A DNA stretch of 64,000 nt from Dimorphilus gyrociliatus (lineage: Eukaryota; Animalia; Annelida). Position numbers and translations under genes: made by a program. The notes under the pieces are model-generated. The model was not told the DNA's origin and ran no database searches. It saw nothing but the letters and a program-made list of their open reading frames with translations. Shown in pieces: positions 12,569 to 26,126 of the stretch. The stretch spans positions 609,498 to 673,497 of the forward strand of contig CAJFCJ010000004.1 in NCBI GenBank assembly GCA_904063045.1, given 5' to 3'. Every line of letters starts with the position of its first letter. The first letter of the stretch is position 1.

Positions 12569-15500
12569 CTGTATGGGGGGAAGGGTAAATTAAACGTTAC
12601 CACGCGTATGACGTAATTCATGAATAAATTAGATCGAATCAGTCGCACGAGCGCGCGCCCCTTTTTTTTTGTCAAACTGACTTCAAAAAGACCGTTAAAA
12701 CGTCGCGGTGCTTATATCTGTGATACAGTATACACATACACAAAAAAAGAAACGCCTTTACTTTATCACACCAAACAGTCTGAGATGTTAAGAAGATTAA
12801 CTTCTTTTTTTTTTCTTTCTTTTATAAGACACTGTTAAACGAATAACTTTTAAGACTAATTAATAAACAACGACTTCAAATAAAAGACTATTTAAACATG
12901 AATAGTCGTTAAATAACTATTCATTACCTAGTTTTCCATGTTTATATCAACATTAACAAAGTTGTAAAGGTGTCTAAATATACGTTATGTCATATTATTT
13001 TATATACAATCGATTTACGCCTTACCCTGGATTACTGACTAATTCAACTAATATTTTGTTATTAGAGTAATTTAAAGCCGGGTTGGCTTAGAATAAGAAG
13101 ACAAATCTGCAGAGTTGAAACACCTTCTTTAAGGCTTGTTCTTTAAGCGGCCGCTAAACTCTTTATGAAAGGTTAACGAGAAAGAAACGACAGGAAAATT
13201 ACTCACTTTATGCCCAGTTGCTAACTCGTTCAACCACTCGAAAGTAAGCAAGAATAAATTAGATTAAAACGTTAGAGATTACATTCCTTTTTGTTACTGA
13301 TTGGTGGCAAAAGGGTTCGTTAACCGAAAGGAACGTGCCAAGTTTGGGCGGAATAAAATAGATGAAAAAGAGGTTAGACGAAAGGTAGGAGGGAAAAGGG
13401 GGCGTTTAGCTTTTAGTCGTTACCGACTTACAGATGGAGCGTTTTATGAGAAAAGCTCGTAAGTAATCCTTATACTAAAATTTTCTGTCCAATATAACTT
13501 TCTGCCTTACTCCCCCTTTCTTGCTCACTCTCTCTCTCTCTCCCTCTGATAAACAAATTAGTATTAGAAATTCACAATTTCAATAATTCTTTATTCGATA
13601 ACACGCCCACTTTTCCTCTTTGAAAGACTATTATACAATTTTTTATATTTGTCAACCATAGCAATTAAAGTATTAAATTTATATAAATTAAACTGATTAA
13701 ATAAACAGTAGTAAATCCTCAAGCTAACGAAGGAAAAAAAATAAGAAAAGAAGAGAGAAAAAAGGGGATAAAACAAGAAAAGAACGATTAGTTAAGTGGT
13801 TCGGTATGTATTTTTTAAAATAGACCATTGATAGATTAAATACAACAATGGATTGAACAAGCCAATTATAAAATGGTCTTACGTAAAAAAAGAGAAAGAA
13901 TGAAAAAGAGTAGGAATGAATAAATCAAAATCCAATACTAAACTAATACTTCAAAGCCTATTCATATACCTAACACTAGTTTATTTGCGGATTAGGAAAC
14001 GAGTCAACAGAAGAGTTGTTAAAAAAAAGAGAGGCGAATAAGAGGCGGTAGGCGGGCTTTAAGAAGATAAAAAAAGAGAAGAATATGAATACATATTACA
14101 CACATATACACACGTATATTTATATATAAATATGCTTTTAAGACATATATTTATATATATAATATTTAATCACGTGATTAGTATGTTTTTTACAATCCAC
14201 CCACACCTAATACCCTTTTTCGTATTGTAAGCGTCAATTTCCACACACAAAGTTATATCAGTCTTTTGTTGATGTTATTAAAGTGAAAGAAACCTATAGG
14301 GAGTCCGTCGTGACTCGACCAAGCCGTTAAAAACATTGAATGAGAAAAACTCTCCGTCGATTTCCTGTTCGCGTGAGAACGCTCTATTACTTTTTTTTTA
14401 TACAAAAACCAAAAAAAAACCAACGAAAGGAACATCCTTCTAACCAACCAGGAGGTGGCGTATGTCAGAAGTTTACTACAATTTATATAACAAAGGGAAC
14501 GGAGAAGGAAATACCAAGTGTGGGAATAAAAGTCTAAAGAATTATTGATTTTACGCTTATCCGCTCATTATAAGCGGCGCTAAAGTTCTAATCGACGTCC
14601 GACGAGCATTGTTGGCAGGGTTGATTGGCAGCAATTCGGATGGCTGGTGATTAATAATCGAGTGGCGATTTTAACGACGAGTCGCTCGCGTGACACGATC
14701 GTTTCTTTTCGATTATTTCCCATTTTATTTTATATTTTCATTTTAATGTACATTAATTAAATGGTATTTAGGCGAATGGATGAGTTTAACATACTATTTT
14801 GCTAATCTAATAGGTTAAACAGCATCCTATTTCGTTATGCATCCACCCAAAACGAAATACCAATTTTAAGGGCGACTAACCATGCAAAACTGGAAACAAT
14901 AGGGAACAAGACCAACGCTCTATGCGGTCTATTTTTCATTCTTAGCCTTTAAAGGAAATAGTTACGATCATAATATAGCGTTTTTGATTAGAAGGAATAC
15001 CTAACATTTTTTCTTTCAACTAAAATTGTGGTCAAAACAGAAGAAATTCGATAGACTAGACGAAATGATAAATGAATTTTACACACATACATACACACAA
15101 ATACATACACAATCCTCGAGATACGAGTAATTAATCATAGTAAATTAGGAAAGCGTGCCATCTCTGTTCTCCCCCTCCTCCCTTTCTCCCTCCCTTTTCT
15201 TGTAACAATCATAATAATACCCTCTCTCTTGGGAATTTATTCCAAATGTAAATAAATTTAAATGTTTGTTTCTTAGATATTTAATTACGTAATAACAGAG
15301 AATATATTAGATCTCATAAAATAGTTCACTCGTTTCAGGCGAACCAACTTTTTGCTATGTATATAGTATACAAAAGATAAATGCTAGCTGGCCACCTGCT
15401 CTTTGGCTCCCCAGATGCAAATCTTAGTGGGGGTCAAAACAGTTAATCATGTAAAATCAGAAAGAATATGGAAGCATATTGTACGCGTGCACACCGTCAG

Positions 15501-17178
15501 AAATTCGTTGTCCGTTCTCATGACTTTAATTATCTCTAATATTTACTAATTTGCTACTTCCTTTTATCTGTTTACAATACAGTTCTCCTTCTTTACAGAG
15601 TGAATTACGAACATATGCATACATTTATGCATCTCAATATCCCGAATTAGATATAGGCTTAGAGTATGAAAGCTCTCACGTATCTCTCTTTCTCTCACTC
15701 ACTCACTCACTCTCTTTCTTTCTCTCTTACCCCAACCTCACGACCTTCCTCTTTGGAACGGTTTGCAAATAATGTTGCACTGTTAAACAAACATCTGATA
15801 TAACTCAGGAGATGACTATCAAGATTGAAATTGAAATTTCTATTGAAAATGCAAAGAAACACGTACACGCGCAAATAGTCAAACCTAATAATAAAAAATC
15901 GGGAAAAAGTGGTTTTTTCACTCTAATGAATGAAAATTATTGAATTAGCTTATAAGGGTAGGTTACCACCTCCTATTCATCAAAAATTTTATAGGGTAAA
16001 TGTACTCTTATGAGTACAATCCCTACTCTTTTCTCTCTTTTTCTTGTATATTTAACATATTGTATTTCTACTATATAGTAGAAAAAAAAAAGAACTATTT
16101 GGACAGGGGACACGTTTTGAAATGGACACCCAACGATTTTACGAATAAACAAATAAGAAAGATGGTTTGGAATAGATTCCAGAAAATGAAAGGGAAAACG
16201 AAACCAAGGCATTTTTTATTCCATGGAAAAAAATACCTCTCTTCTCTTCTCTCTCAAGTAAATTTACTTGCCCAAAACATTCGATAACGATAAGGCAACT
16301 CAATTATCACTAACGTAATCCGAAACGTTTATCTCCCCTTTGGCTTTTACCGTAGACCGATAAAAATCGATTTCGTTTACTAAAAGTCAATTATTTTCCT
16401 TATTCACTAACGAGTTCTTCTTTTGTATCAAGTCGGATAGAAAATATTATATCTTTTATAGTGTATTAACAAAGGGATATACGCTAATCTTTCTTTCATT
16501 TATAAAAACTATGGTTGATTAACCGTAAATGATAAATGACGTAGAGTAAGGAAAAATCTTGAAAGAATTAAACGGGTTCACTATTTATTATTTTGGTAAA
16601 ATGTCAGCGAACGCTAATGGTCGTAGGTTGGGGAATAGTAAGATATATAGTTTTTTTCTTCTCCTTTATTCGTCTTCTTTACAATTCTTGTAGCTTTTTT
16701 ATGCATCCAGCGAAATTCTTGTAACGAGATAGCGAAAAATTTTTTCAAAGCTATTCGAAGGTGAAGACCACAATTCTTTTATTCTTAATAAAAAAAATAT
16801 TCCCACCTGGCCACTTTCGAAGTGACCACTTCCTCTTTTTCCCGCGGCTAATTTTTAAAATATTCTCTATCAACTTTCTAATTGGGTATAACTTTACCTC
16901 TCGTTCATATCTTGCACTACATACAAAACTCTGATTTGATAGGCTTATTAAACCTTTAAAAACTTAAACAAACATGTCACGTGTCAAAGATTTTTATCGA
17001 AACATGCCTTATCGCACAAATATAGATAACGTAATGATAAACATAATTTAGTACCTTATTCTGTAATAGGCCTTAAGAGGTAGGAAGAAATTAGATAATA
17101 AAAAAAATAAACTCCTCGGTATCCGTGAGAAAGTCTCTTCCGTACGGTTTCGCGCCGCGATCTGAAAAGTATCAGCGA

Positions 17179-17209
17179 GTCACGTGACATGTTGTTAATC
17201 GCCTATTGG
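17179..17209 (-). promoter_or_regulatory. Putative PcdhA promoter: CCAAT box followed by GTCACGTGAC E-box (on - strand)
   Basis: ATTGG at 17205..17209 and GTCACGTGAC at 17179..17188; candidate 5'UTR exon ending at donor aag|gtacta (17055/17054). Confidence 0.5.
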
Positions 17210-17524
17210 CTGTCCGCTTTCTGTGTTTGGTTTACGTTTAGCGCCCTTTTATAAAAAAGTGACGTTTTCGAACTAAAGCGCTAACGAATTTCTTTGTCTT
17301 GAGAAAAATTAGTGAAAAAAGAGAAAAGTTCTTTCCAGGGGTTTCTCTTTGGCATAAAATTTTCTGTATTCGATAAAAGCTAGAGGTGTTATTTACATTC
17401 CAAAATATCAATGAGAACCATATTGCACTTTATATTTTTGCACGTGACGTCACAAAGTCTATAGTTTGTCATGGTTTGTTAGCGTCACCTGATTTATAAC
17501 ATACATTTATATGTATGTATGTTT

Positions 17525-17544
17525 GTGTGTGTGTGTGTGTGTGT
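17525..17544 (+). repeat. (GT)n microsatellite
   Basis: gtgtgt... run. Confidence 0.85.
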
Positions 17545-19747
17545 ATGTACGAATTCGTAAATAGGTATGATTGCGTTGCGTGTAAAGGAAACAGTTCATT
17601 CATCGGAAAGTTTGACATCGAGTGAGTAATGGTAAATTTCGATGTTTGTCAGTAATCTAACTAGGTTGTTAGAAAAAGTTCGTTAGAAAAACTTAGCTAT
17701 GACATCTTTTCAAATTTATCGCGTCAAGACACGTAGTATATACAAGTGGAGTCTTTTTTTAGGATTTTAGATGATTTAGTCCCATATAATAAATTTACTG
17801 TTACTATACTTTTCGAAATATTTATAGAGTCTTACCATCATAGACAAGCCTTCTTAACTCAAAAAAAACTACATAAATATTGTCTCGAGTCTACAGGTTA
17901 TTTATTTCTAATGACAACTGAGACAAAAATGGCGTCATAATAAAAAGAAATAAAAGTTAACTTTCTTTTTTAACATTTACCTGTTAATTGCGAATGAATA
18001 CAAACTATATATTGTTTGACTTAGACAAAATCCAATATACTCTAGATATTTAATATAAATTAAAATATATATAAATATGTTGAGTTTTTTAATGATAAAT
18101 ATCGAAAGTGTTCAAAGAGAGCAAAGGTAAGAGAGTAGGTTTCGATCAGCTATTAAATCTATATTTCTTTTATTTCTTAATAGTTTTCGAGTGGGGGCCA
18201 CTTAATAACTATAAACTCAGTAAGGGTTGTAGATTTACCTTGTTCCTAACAGTAATTACAATAAGAATAAGCGAAAATATGCATATTTTTCAAATAACAA
18301 TAAAAAAAATACTGACAAGTAGACTATATATGCATAGGATAATAAAGAAAAGGAAAGATCAACAATTCGTTTAAATCGCCGCAAAAGTTAACGGCCTTAG
18401 TTCAGTCAGTTGGCGGACTAATGATACGTTTGAATTCCGTCGAAAAACTTCACCCCGCGGTTTATTTGAGGCGGCTTACATCAAAAGCGAATGTAGGCCT
18501 AGCTGGGGCGGTGAGTCGGGCCCTTTTTCCACCTCCCCGAAGCCTTATATATACAAATAACAGAGAAATATATACCGACTCTTTGAATAATTAAGTTATT
18601 TAAACAATAACTTAACATCAATCAGGCTATCGTATTTATAGAGCTCTTTTATGTAAAAAATTTGCATTATTAATATCATCGAAGAAGATTTCTATAAATG
18701 AGCACGTAACTTCTTATTCGACATTTTTTTATTATTAATAATTTTAACGGTAATTTTTCATTATTATCATAAAAGTATACCTTTTAATACAACTGAAAAC
18801 AATAGGCATAAATAATATGACTTGAATAAAAACTACAGATACGACAATCATTTTCATTCTGTCTATCCCTCATTCTCTCTCTCTTTCTCTCTCTCTGCTC
18901 ATTTGAAAATATATGCTTTTAAAATGTCACGTGATCGTTTTTATTCGCTTTTCTTCTAAATTTTCTATTGAACAGTCATAAATGCAAAAGAGAAAAGGCA
19001 GAAAGAAGTACTTTTTGGAACGTTACCGCTTTTAAAAAAAAATACTGTATATATAAAGAGGAGAGGTTATTATTCATATTTAATTTGTTCCTTTTATAAA
19101 TATCTATAAGGTTTTATTTATATAAATATATGGGGAAGAAAAAAGGATGATAAAAGGATGGTGATGGGTTCATTTTTTATAAATACCCATTTTTGATTAA
19201 GTACCCTTTCCTCTCTGTTAAAGACTATTATACGATTCCTTTGAATTATTGTCTGTCTCTTTCAACAAGTCATTAATTTCCTTGTTTTTTTTATTATTAC
19301 TCGTCTTATGAGCGTTCATATTGGCTATATAGGGGAAGGTTACTACTCCCTCTCTATTCCTCTCTCTCTCTCTCTCTTTACCAAACAAAACTATAGTATT
19401 TAATCGTTCATTTTTTTTTTACAATTGTTCTCAAGCGTTTCTTTTCAAAGGAAGTCTTTTATAGGTTTTTTTCAAGTGGTGGTTCTTTTCTAAGCAGCCT
19501 CTTTAGTACCTCTAATATTTTTACGAGTAAAACAGTTTCTTTCTCTCACTTTTCCCCTCTCCTCTACACTCTTTGACTAAGAGATTTTGTTTATTTAAAA
19601 AATCATTTATTAAGTGAAAATATTTAAATATAAATACGCCATCTGGCGATATAAGTTAATTCTTTCTTAAGAGATCTACAGATGAAGATATTTCAACCCG
19701 GGCTATTACGCCCTGCCCGCATGTTATAAAAATTCGATTGTTGAGAC

Positions 19748-19757
19748 GTCACGTGAC
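19748..19757 (+). promoter_or_regulatory. GTCACGTGAC E-box overlapping a CRE half-site, 45 bp upstream of the PcdhB ATG
   Basis: gagacGTCACGTGACccg in sequence. Confidence 0.5.
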
Positions 19758-19802
19758 CCGTAAAGGAATTATGCGGGTCTCGCGAAAGCTTTCTTCATAA
19801 AA

Positions 19803-22353
19803 ATGTTACCCTTCCTCTTACTTTTTTCTCTCGGTTTTTCTGAAACTTTGCGACTTCACGTTAATGAAGAGACGCCAATTGGCTTTCGTCTACTGGAATT
19901 AGAGAAGAATAAATCCTACCGCTTACTGACTGATACGGATTTATTTAGATTATCTCAAGGTGTTGTTTACGTAAACAACAGGATAGACAGAGAAACACTG
20001 TGTAAGCCAGGCCCTGTATGTGCCACACAACTCGAATTTGCAGTATTACCAATTGAAAAATTGGAAATTTTACGGATAAATATAACTATAGATGATATTA
20101 ACGATAATCCACCTATCGTTAAACCGGAAATTGTAAGAATTAAAATTACGGAATCGACACCTTTAGACGCACTGTTTCCGATTGCTAGTGTTAAAGATGC
20201 CGACGGCGAAGATTACGGTATTAAAACAGTTCAACTGGAAGATAGTTATTTTGGAGTTGTGCACGAATCGGATGAATTACGTCTGATATTGAAGAGGATG
20301 ATCGATTACGAAAGACTGGATAATACGATTATGAATATGTCAATATCAATAAGTGACGGATATTACAATACTTCCTTGTCAATTATTGCCGAGATAATTG
20401 ATATAAACGACAACCCCCCAATATTCGAAAAAGAAGAATATATCATTGATATCTATGAGAATTTAACTATAAATACGCAGATATTGAACCTCAAGGCCGT
20501 CGATCTCGATTCAACAATCCAATTTCGATTAGTAAAGTATTCATTAAGTACTAACCAATATTTTGGTGTCGATGCGTATAATGGAACTTTAAAGTAATAA
20601 TGAACCGCTAAGCGATATTTAATAAAGCGTACTATATGTATATATGAACTGCATGCAGTATGTATATATACAATGTATACATATACATATTGTGTATATA
20701 TTTATATATATACACGGCGATAAGAGTATACATAACAGATATCTTTCTTCCCAACGTTTTAAAACACTTTTGACCCCTTTTTTTTTTTAAAAAAAAGAAG
20801 GCGTTAACAACTATTATCGGTTCATTAATACTTAAAGAACCCTTAAAAAGCTAAATTACGAAGCGAAGCGGCTGTTTCACCTAACTGCTACAGCTACTGA
20901 TGCTGGAGGTCTATATTCCAGGACGTCGATAATAATAAGGCTTTTGAATATTAATGAGAGATCGTTTCGAATCAAAGTCACGCCCATTACTGGCTACGAT
21001 AATGAATTATTGATCAAAGAAAATCTCTTGGCAAACAGTGTCGTAGCTCTCGTTAAAGTCGAATTGGACGAATGGGAGGAGTCGGTCAATAATGTCGAGT
21101 GCTTTTCGGACGAATCGGAAAAGTTCAAAGTGTCTAGATTAGATAATCAGCTAGTTTTATTGACTAATACGTCTTTCGACAGGGAGTTTGAGGAAAGATT
21201 TAGCTCAAGAGTAATTTGTGTTAATTTAGGCGTCTATAGAAATCAAAGTATAGACGTCCGAATTGTAGATGAGAATGATAATGCACCCGAGTTTGTTCAA
21301 TCCGAGTGGATTGTTGAGGTTGAAGAGAATATCCCTCCTGCAACGCTAATAGCAATTTCCGCTACAGATTCCGATAAAGGTATAAATAAGTATACTGCGT
21401 TTAATTAATTCGAATGAGTAAGAAATTACTTTTTTATAGGCCTAAACTCAGAATTAAGGTACGAAATTTACGGCGAAGATTGCTTCCAGATCCACCCAAT
21501 TTTCGGTACTTTATCATCAACGTGTGAATTCGATTTCGAAGTTAGGACCGTCTATAATTTAACTGTACACGTTTTTGATGGAGGGGAGCCAAGTTTGAAC
21601 AACTCGGTCGGGGTGAAGGTCATCGTTAAGAACCTCCTCGATACGCAACCCGAGTGTTTGGACAATGAATTTCGTGTTTTGGAGAATGAGGGTGGTGTTT
21701 ATCTGGGTCAAATCTCGTTTCGAAATCCCGAAAATTCTACCGTCTTCTTTAGTAAATATGACGAAAAGCGTTTTTCGATCTCGAACGAAAGTGTCTTCCT
21801 CAGAGAGCCCATCGATCGAGAACGTTTACAGACTGTCAACTTACGACCACTAATCTTGTATGACCTTGACCCAAGGGTTAATTCCACCTGCCAACTCGTA
21901 ATCAACATTGTCGATCTGAATGATAACGTTCCCGAAATCGTTTTCCCATCTAACGATTCTACCCTCCACCTACCCGAATCCTCTTTCAATCGCAACAGGA
22001 AGTTGTTAAGCATAGTAATCAGAGACGACGACGAAGGGTTGAACGGTGAAATAGACGTCTTCTTGAAACCGGAAATTTGCTTTCGATTGGACGGTTTAGA
22101 CGTCGTGTTCGATTGTTCAACTTCAAATATTGGTGACGTTTTCAATCTGGAATTATTTGCTAGCGATAAAGGAACACCGGCCTTAAATACCTCGGTAACC
22201 TTTAAGATTATCCGGATAGAAGATGCCGAGGAGAAGGAGAATTATTTGCCATTTATATTAACTGTAACATTATCCGCAATACTTCTTGGAAGTTTGATAA
22301 TAATTTTAGTCCGGACTATCAAGATTCAAAGGAAGAAGGTTATCATCAGCTGA
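19803..22353 (+). CDS. Protocadherin B: 7 cadherin repeats, TM, very short tail (about 748 aa)
   Basis: Exons 19803..20593, 20838..21379, 21440..22353. Introns 20594..20837 (phase 2, restores NGTLKTLKKLNYE) and 21380..21439 (phase 1, restores DSDKGLNSELRY). EC1 DRETLCKPGPVC (C-x5-C); TM LPFILTVTLSAILLGSLIIILV. The 3' end is uncertain. Confidence 0.88.
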
Positions 22354-25300
22354 TATAAAAACCTAGGCCTTTTTTTGTAATAGCTCTCCCGCAACATTGA
22401 CCTACGAGGTTAACCGAACCTGCAGACTTCTAATCTTAGCGATGCGAAAGATAAGTTTGAACAAAAAAAAGAAACGGTTTTTTTTTATTTGAATAACTTT
22501 ACCTCTGAGTTGAACAAAGGGGTGACGCCCCGACGCGGTTGATATTGCTTTGAACGACTGATAGATTGAACTTGAAAAAGAGTATATATTGTCATGATAA
22601 AAATAGAGACAAAATAAGAATAAGAATTATATATAAAAGAAAAAAAAATAAAATTGAAAACGAAATAAAGAAACTAAATTGATACTTTCGAAATTTTTTT
22701 ACTCTTTATAATGAAGAAAGACGAGAAGGGGGCTGGATGGCCTATTAGACGGAGGAGCGAAGCTAACTAAAATTGTTAAATTCCTTTCCTTCTTCTGGTA
22801 AATAGGCCTATAATAGGTATTACCTTCAACAACTACCGACCCACGTGTCATAGGAACTTGCTAATTCATATAATCAAAGTTGTTGATCTGAAAGATAAAA
22901 CGTTCCTGAAATAATTTTTCGGCTGAGCGCCTCTCCTAAGGAATTTTTTTTCCTTTCTTTTATTTTGCTTTTGACGAGATGTCCCTGAGGAACGCTGGTG
23001 TGGGGACTGGAAAAGATTAAATAGAGAATGATAGAGTAGGTGAAAGAACCGGGGACAGACTATCAAGGCCGATAGTAGGATATGAGAGAGAGAGAGAGAA
23101 AAGAGAAGTTTGATTTGTGAGATTTTCCCTTAGTTGCCCTTCTGTTTCTCTCATACTTATCTAGGCGCGCGATTACTCATGACCTATAGCCGAGCGGTCG
23201 AGGTCTGTTTATAGTTTATGATTAGAAATTATTCTAGGCTTAAAGTTGATTTGTTTTTCCTACCTATCTTTTCTTTTTATGGTATTTGTTGATGAGAAAA
23301 CCTTTCGAAATCGTTCGAATTCCGTTTAAACAAGAGATTTATCTGGGGATATTTTAACAGCAAATAATCTGGTGTGAGAGCAGCGTCGTCTCTCAAGCTA
23401 TAGGGGCGTGTTTGGGTAGAGGTAACCGCTTATCGTAGTTATTGAAAGAAAAGAAAAAGGATTAAGGAATCTATAGCTTGCAGCTACAAATTCCTCCTAA
23501 AAGGTGCTTATTTGAGAGAGGAAGGGGTTGTGGAAAATTGCTCTCCCACTGACCTAAAAGTAAGAAATAAAAGGAAGGAATAGAATGGTATGGGTTGCCG
23601 AGGTTGGGTGATAAAGGGTAAGGAGAGGAAATAGGTGAAAGAAGTAAAAAATAAGGAAGAATAAGGGAAGAAATGCGGGCTCCGTGTTCGTGCGTTAAAA
23701 ATATATCACTTAAAGAAAAGTAAACGACGTGCATTTTTTTTTATTGAAACGCTCTTCGCCGTATTAACGCGCGCACACTTTGCAAACAAACGAAAGTGAT
23801 GAGAAACGGACATTCGGACGCGTACTGTTTGATATTCCAATTCGGGCGGTCAATTAGGAAAACATACACTACTACTGTGTACGAAATATATTCCTATTCC
23901 CTAGGTGGTCGATTCAAGAATTTTTCCCTCCACTTCATACAGGCTTATATGGTCACTTAACACATTTTATTAATGGGGTTTTTTTGTTATTGCATCGTCT
24001 CTGTTACCTACTTTACTCTTTTATCGTATATTTTGATTTGTTACTATAAGTGTAAATTAGTAGTACTATAAGTTGAATTAGTAGTACTAGAAATTGTAGA
24101 TTCGAAAGCCGATATTGACGATCTCGAAACAAGACGGAAGCGGAAACTGCTTCTAGTTAACAAGTAGGTCACGTGCTCAGCTCTACCTGGCCAAGATATA
24201 TCTGTCGAAAAATTATCGACTTTCAAAAGAATACAGGCAAATCTATGAAGAAACTTCAAACAAGAATATATTTATATAATAACTGCATTAAAACGTAGTT
24301 TTTACGCTCGCAAAGTTAGAATATTCCAATCTATAATAATAAAATGAAGTAATAAACCCTTTCTTTAAAAAACATTAAAAATCTCGCGCCTCAGAAAACA
24401 GCGCCACCTAAGTACACTCTCAAGACTACAAGGACTGTTAGTTTTTTTATGGGATAAAAAAAATGTAGGGTCTATTTAGTTCAACGAACAACAAACAAAA
24501 TGAATGACAAAGAATAGGGAAGGGAAGGAAGATAAGCTAAGGGAACTTTTAGAAGAGACGTGAGAGAGAGAGAGAGAGAGAGAATGAAGGAATAGGGTTG
24601 GAAAAAAACTCAATGAACATTTTGAATATTTATTAATCCTCCTTACATATTCGATTATTCATACGTACGGCCCATTCCCTTCAATAATTATAATTTTATT
24701 GTGATTTTTTTGTCATCAATTTCTATATTGTCGTTAATCTTTGCAAAAATTATTTTAATAATAAAACTAAAAATCGTCCGGAAGTTAAAAAGAAGAAGAA
24801 AAAAAATGACAAATGGCGTAATTCTCTTTTAAAAATGTAGGGCGTCATACGGTAAAAATTCCATGGGTCAAGTAGCGTTTATGACGTCCTCTTCGCTTTT
24901 TAACGCCGAACGTCCGAAACACCTCAAAGCTTTTGAGACCAAATGTCATTAAATCGTCTTTACCGCGTAGAATATATGCATAGGTTTTTGTATATAAATA
25001 TAAAAAAAAACACGGATCCATATAGAGTATGGTATTCTAATAAAATATTCGTGATAATTGACCGCAAAAAAGGATATCAATTTTAGTTTAAAGTAAAATA
25101 TTTAAACAACAATGATAAACAGTTTTTTTTGGGCTATAAAAGGTCTTATAAAAGGTAGGGATTGATTTTGTCCCCCTCCCCCCTCCTCCTCAATATAGGC
25201 CTTTTCTAATATTATACCCCTGAATATATAACAATTATAATCGATTCGTTTTTACACTCAATTGAAGAATAGGGTCTATAAGTTAATCTCATTAAAAATA

Positions 25301-25902
25301 AATAATAAGTTATATAGTCTGTTGAAGGGAAAAATAGTAGCTTCAACAATTTTATTCAAGTGCAATATTACTGATAAGAGAGATTAAATCAAAGCTTCAG
25401 TATACTTAAACTAAGGCTTAAAATCTTGAAAATATCTCAATTCTTAGATCCGAATGTTTAAACTTTTTTAATCAATTTAATCGAATTAACTTTGATAGTA
25501 TGTTATAATTTTGTATCGTCTTTGCCTAATTAAAGAATTGAATGTGTTGAATGAAAGTGTATAAAACCCCTTTTGGGAAACTACAGGGGCTATTTGGAAA
25601 AAGTTCCCAAGGTGCTAGACCATTAAAATGATCTAGAATTCAACATGAGGTAAACATAACTCAAGTAAAGGAAAAGCAGCGACAAATTGCGAAAATGACA
25701 CAAAGTAAGTGTTTACGCAACTTGGACCTATGTTTTGACGTATTAGTACTATTATTTAATATTTTAAGAACCTCTTCCTTTTCTTCTTTAGACTACAAAT
25801 ACCAACTTGTTATATTTTCTTTGACGATAGTCTACTATAATCTATACAATATATCAAAGGCTTTATAAATGTGCATATATACTGTCGGTGGTAGGTATAT
25901 GT

Positions 25903-26126
25903 CCACTAGGTGGAGACATCTCTAGAACTGGTAAAAAAGTTGAGAATTTGTTAAATTTTTGCAAGTTGCTTGCTTGAAGAAAAAAATTATTCTTTTAGCT
26001 TCCATATGGTAACGCCACCTAGAGTATACCTGTCAAATACGCCACCTATAGAGTACTGAATTAGCTGTAATTAAAGCGTTCGCACGACGTTGACAGATTC
26101 AACGGGGTCATGACGTCATGACGTCA
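25903..26126. promoter_or_regulatory. Motif-dense element: three CTCF-like sites and a tandem CRE (TGACGTCATGACGTCA)
   Basis: CCACTAGGTGGAG at 25903, CGCCACCTAGAG at 26013, CGCCACCTATAG at 26040, TGACGTCA twice at 26111..26126. Confidence 0.45.
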
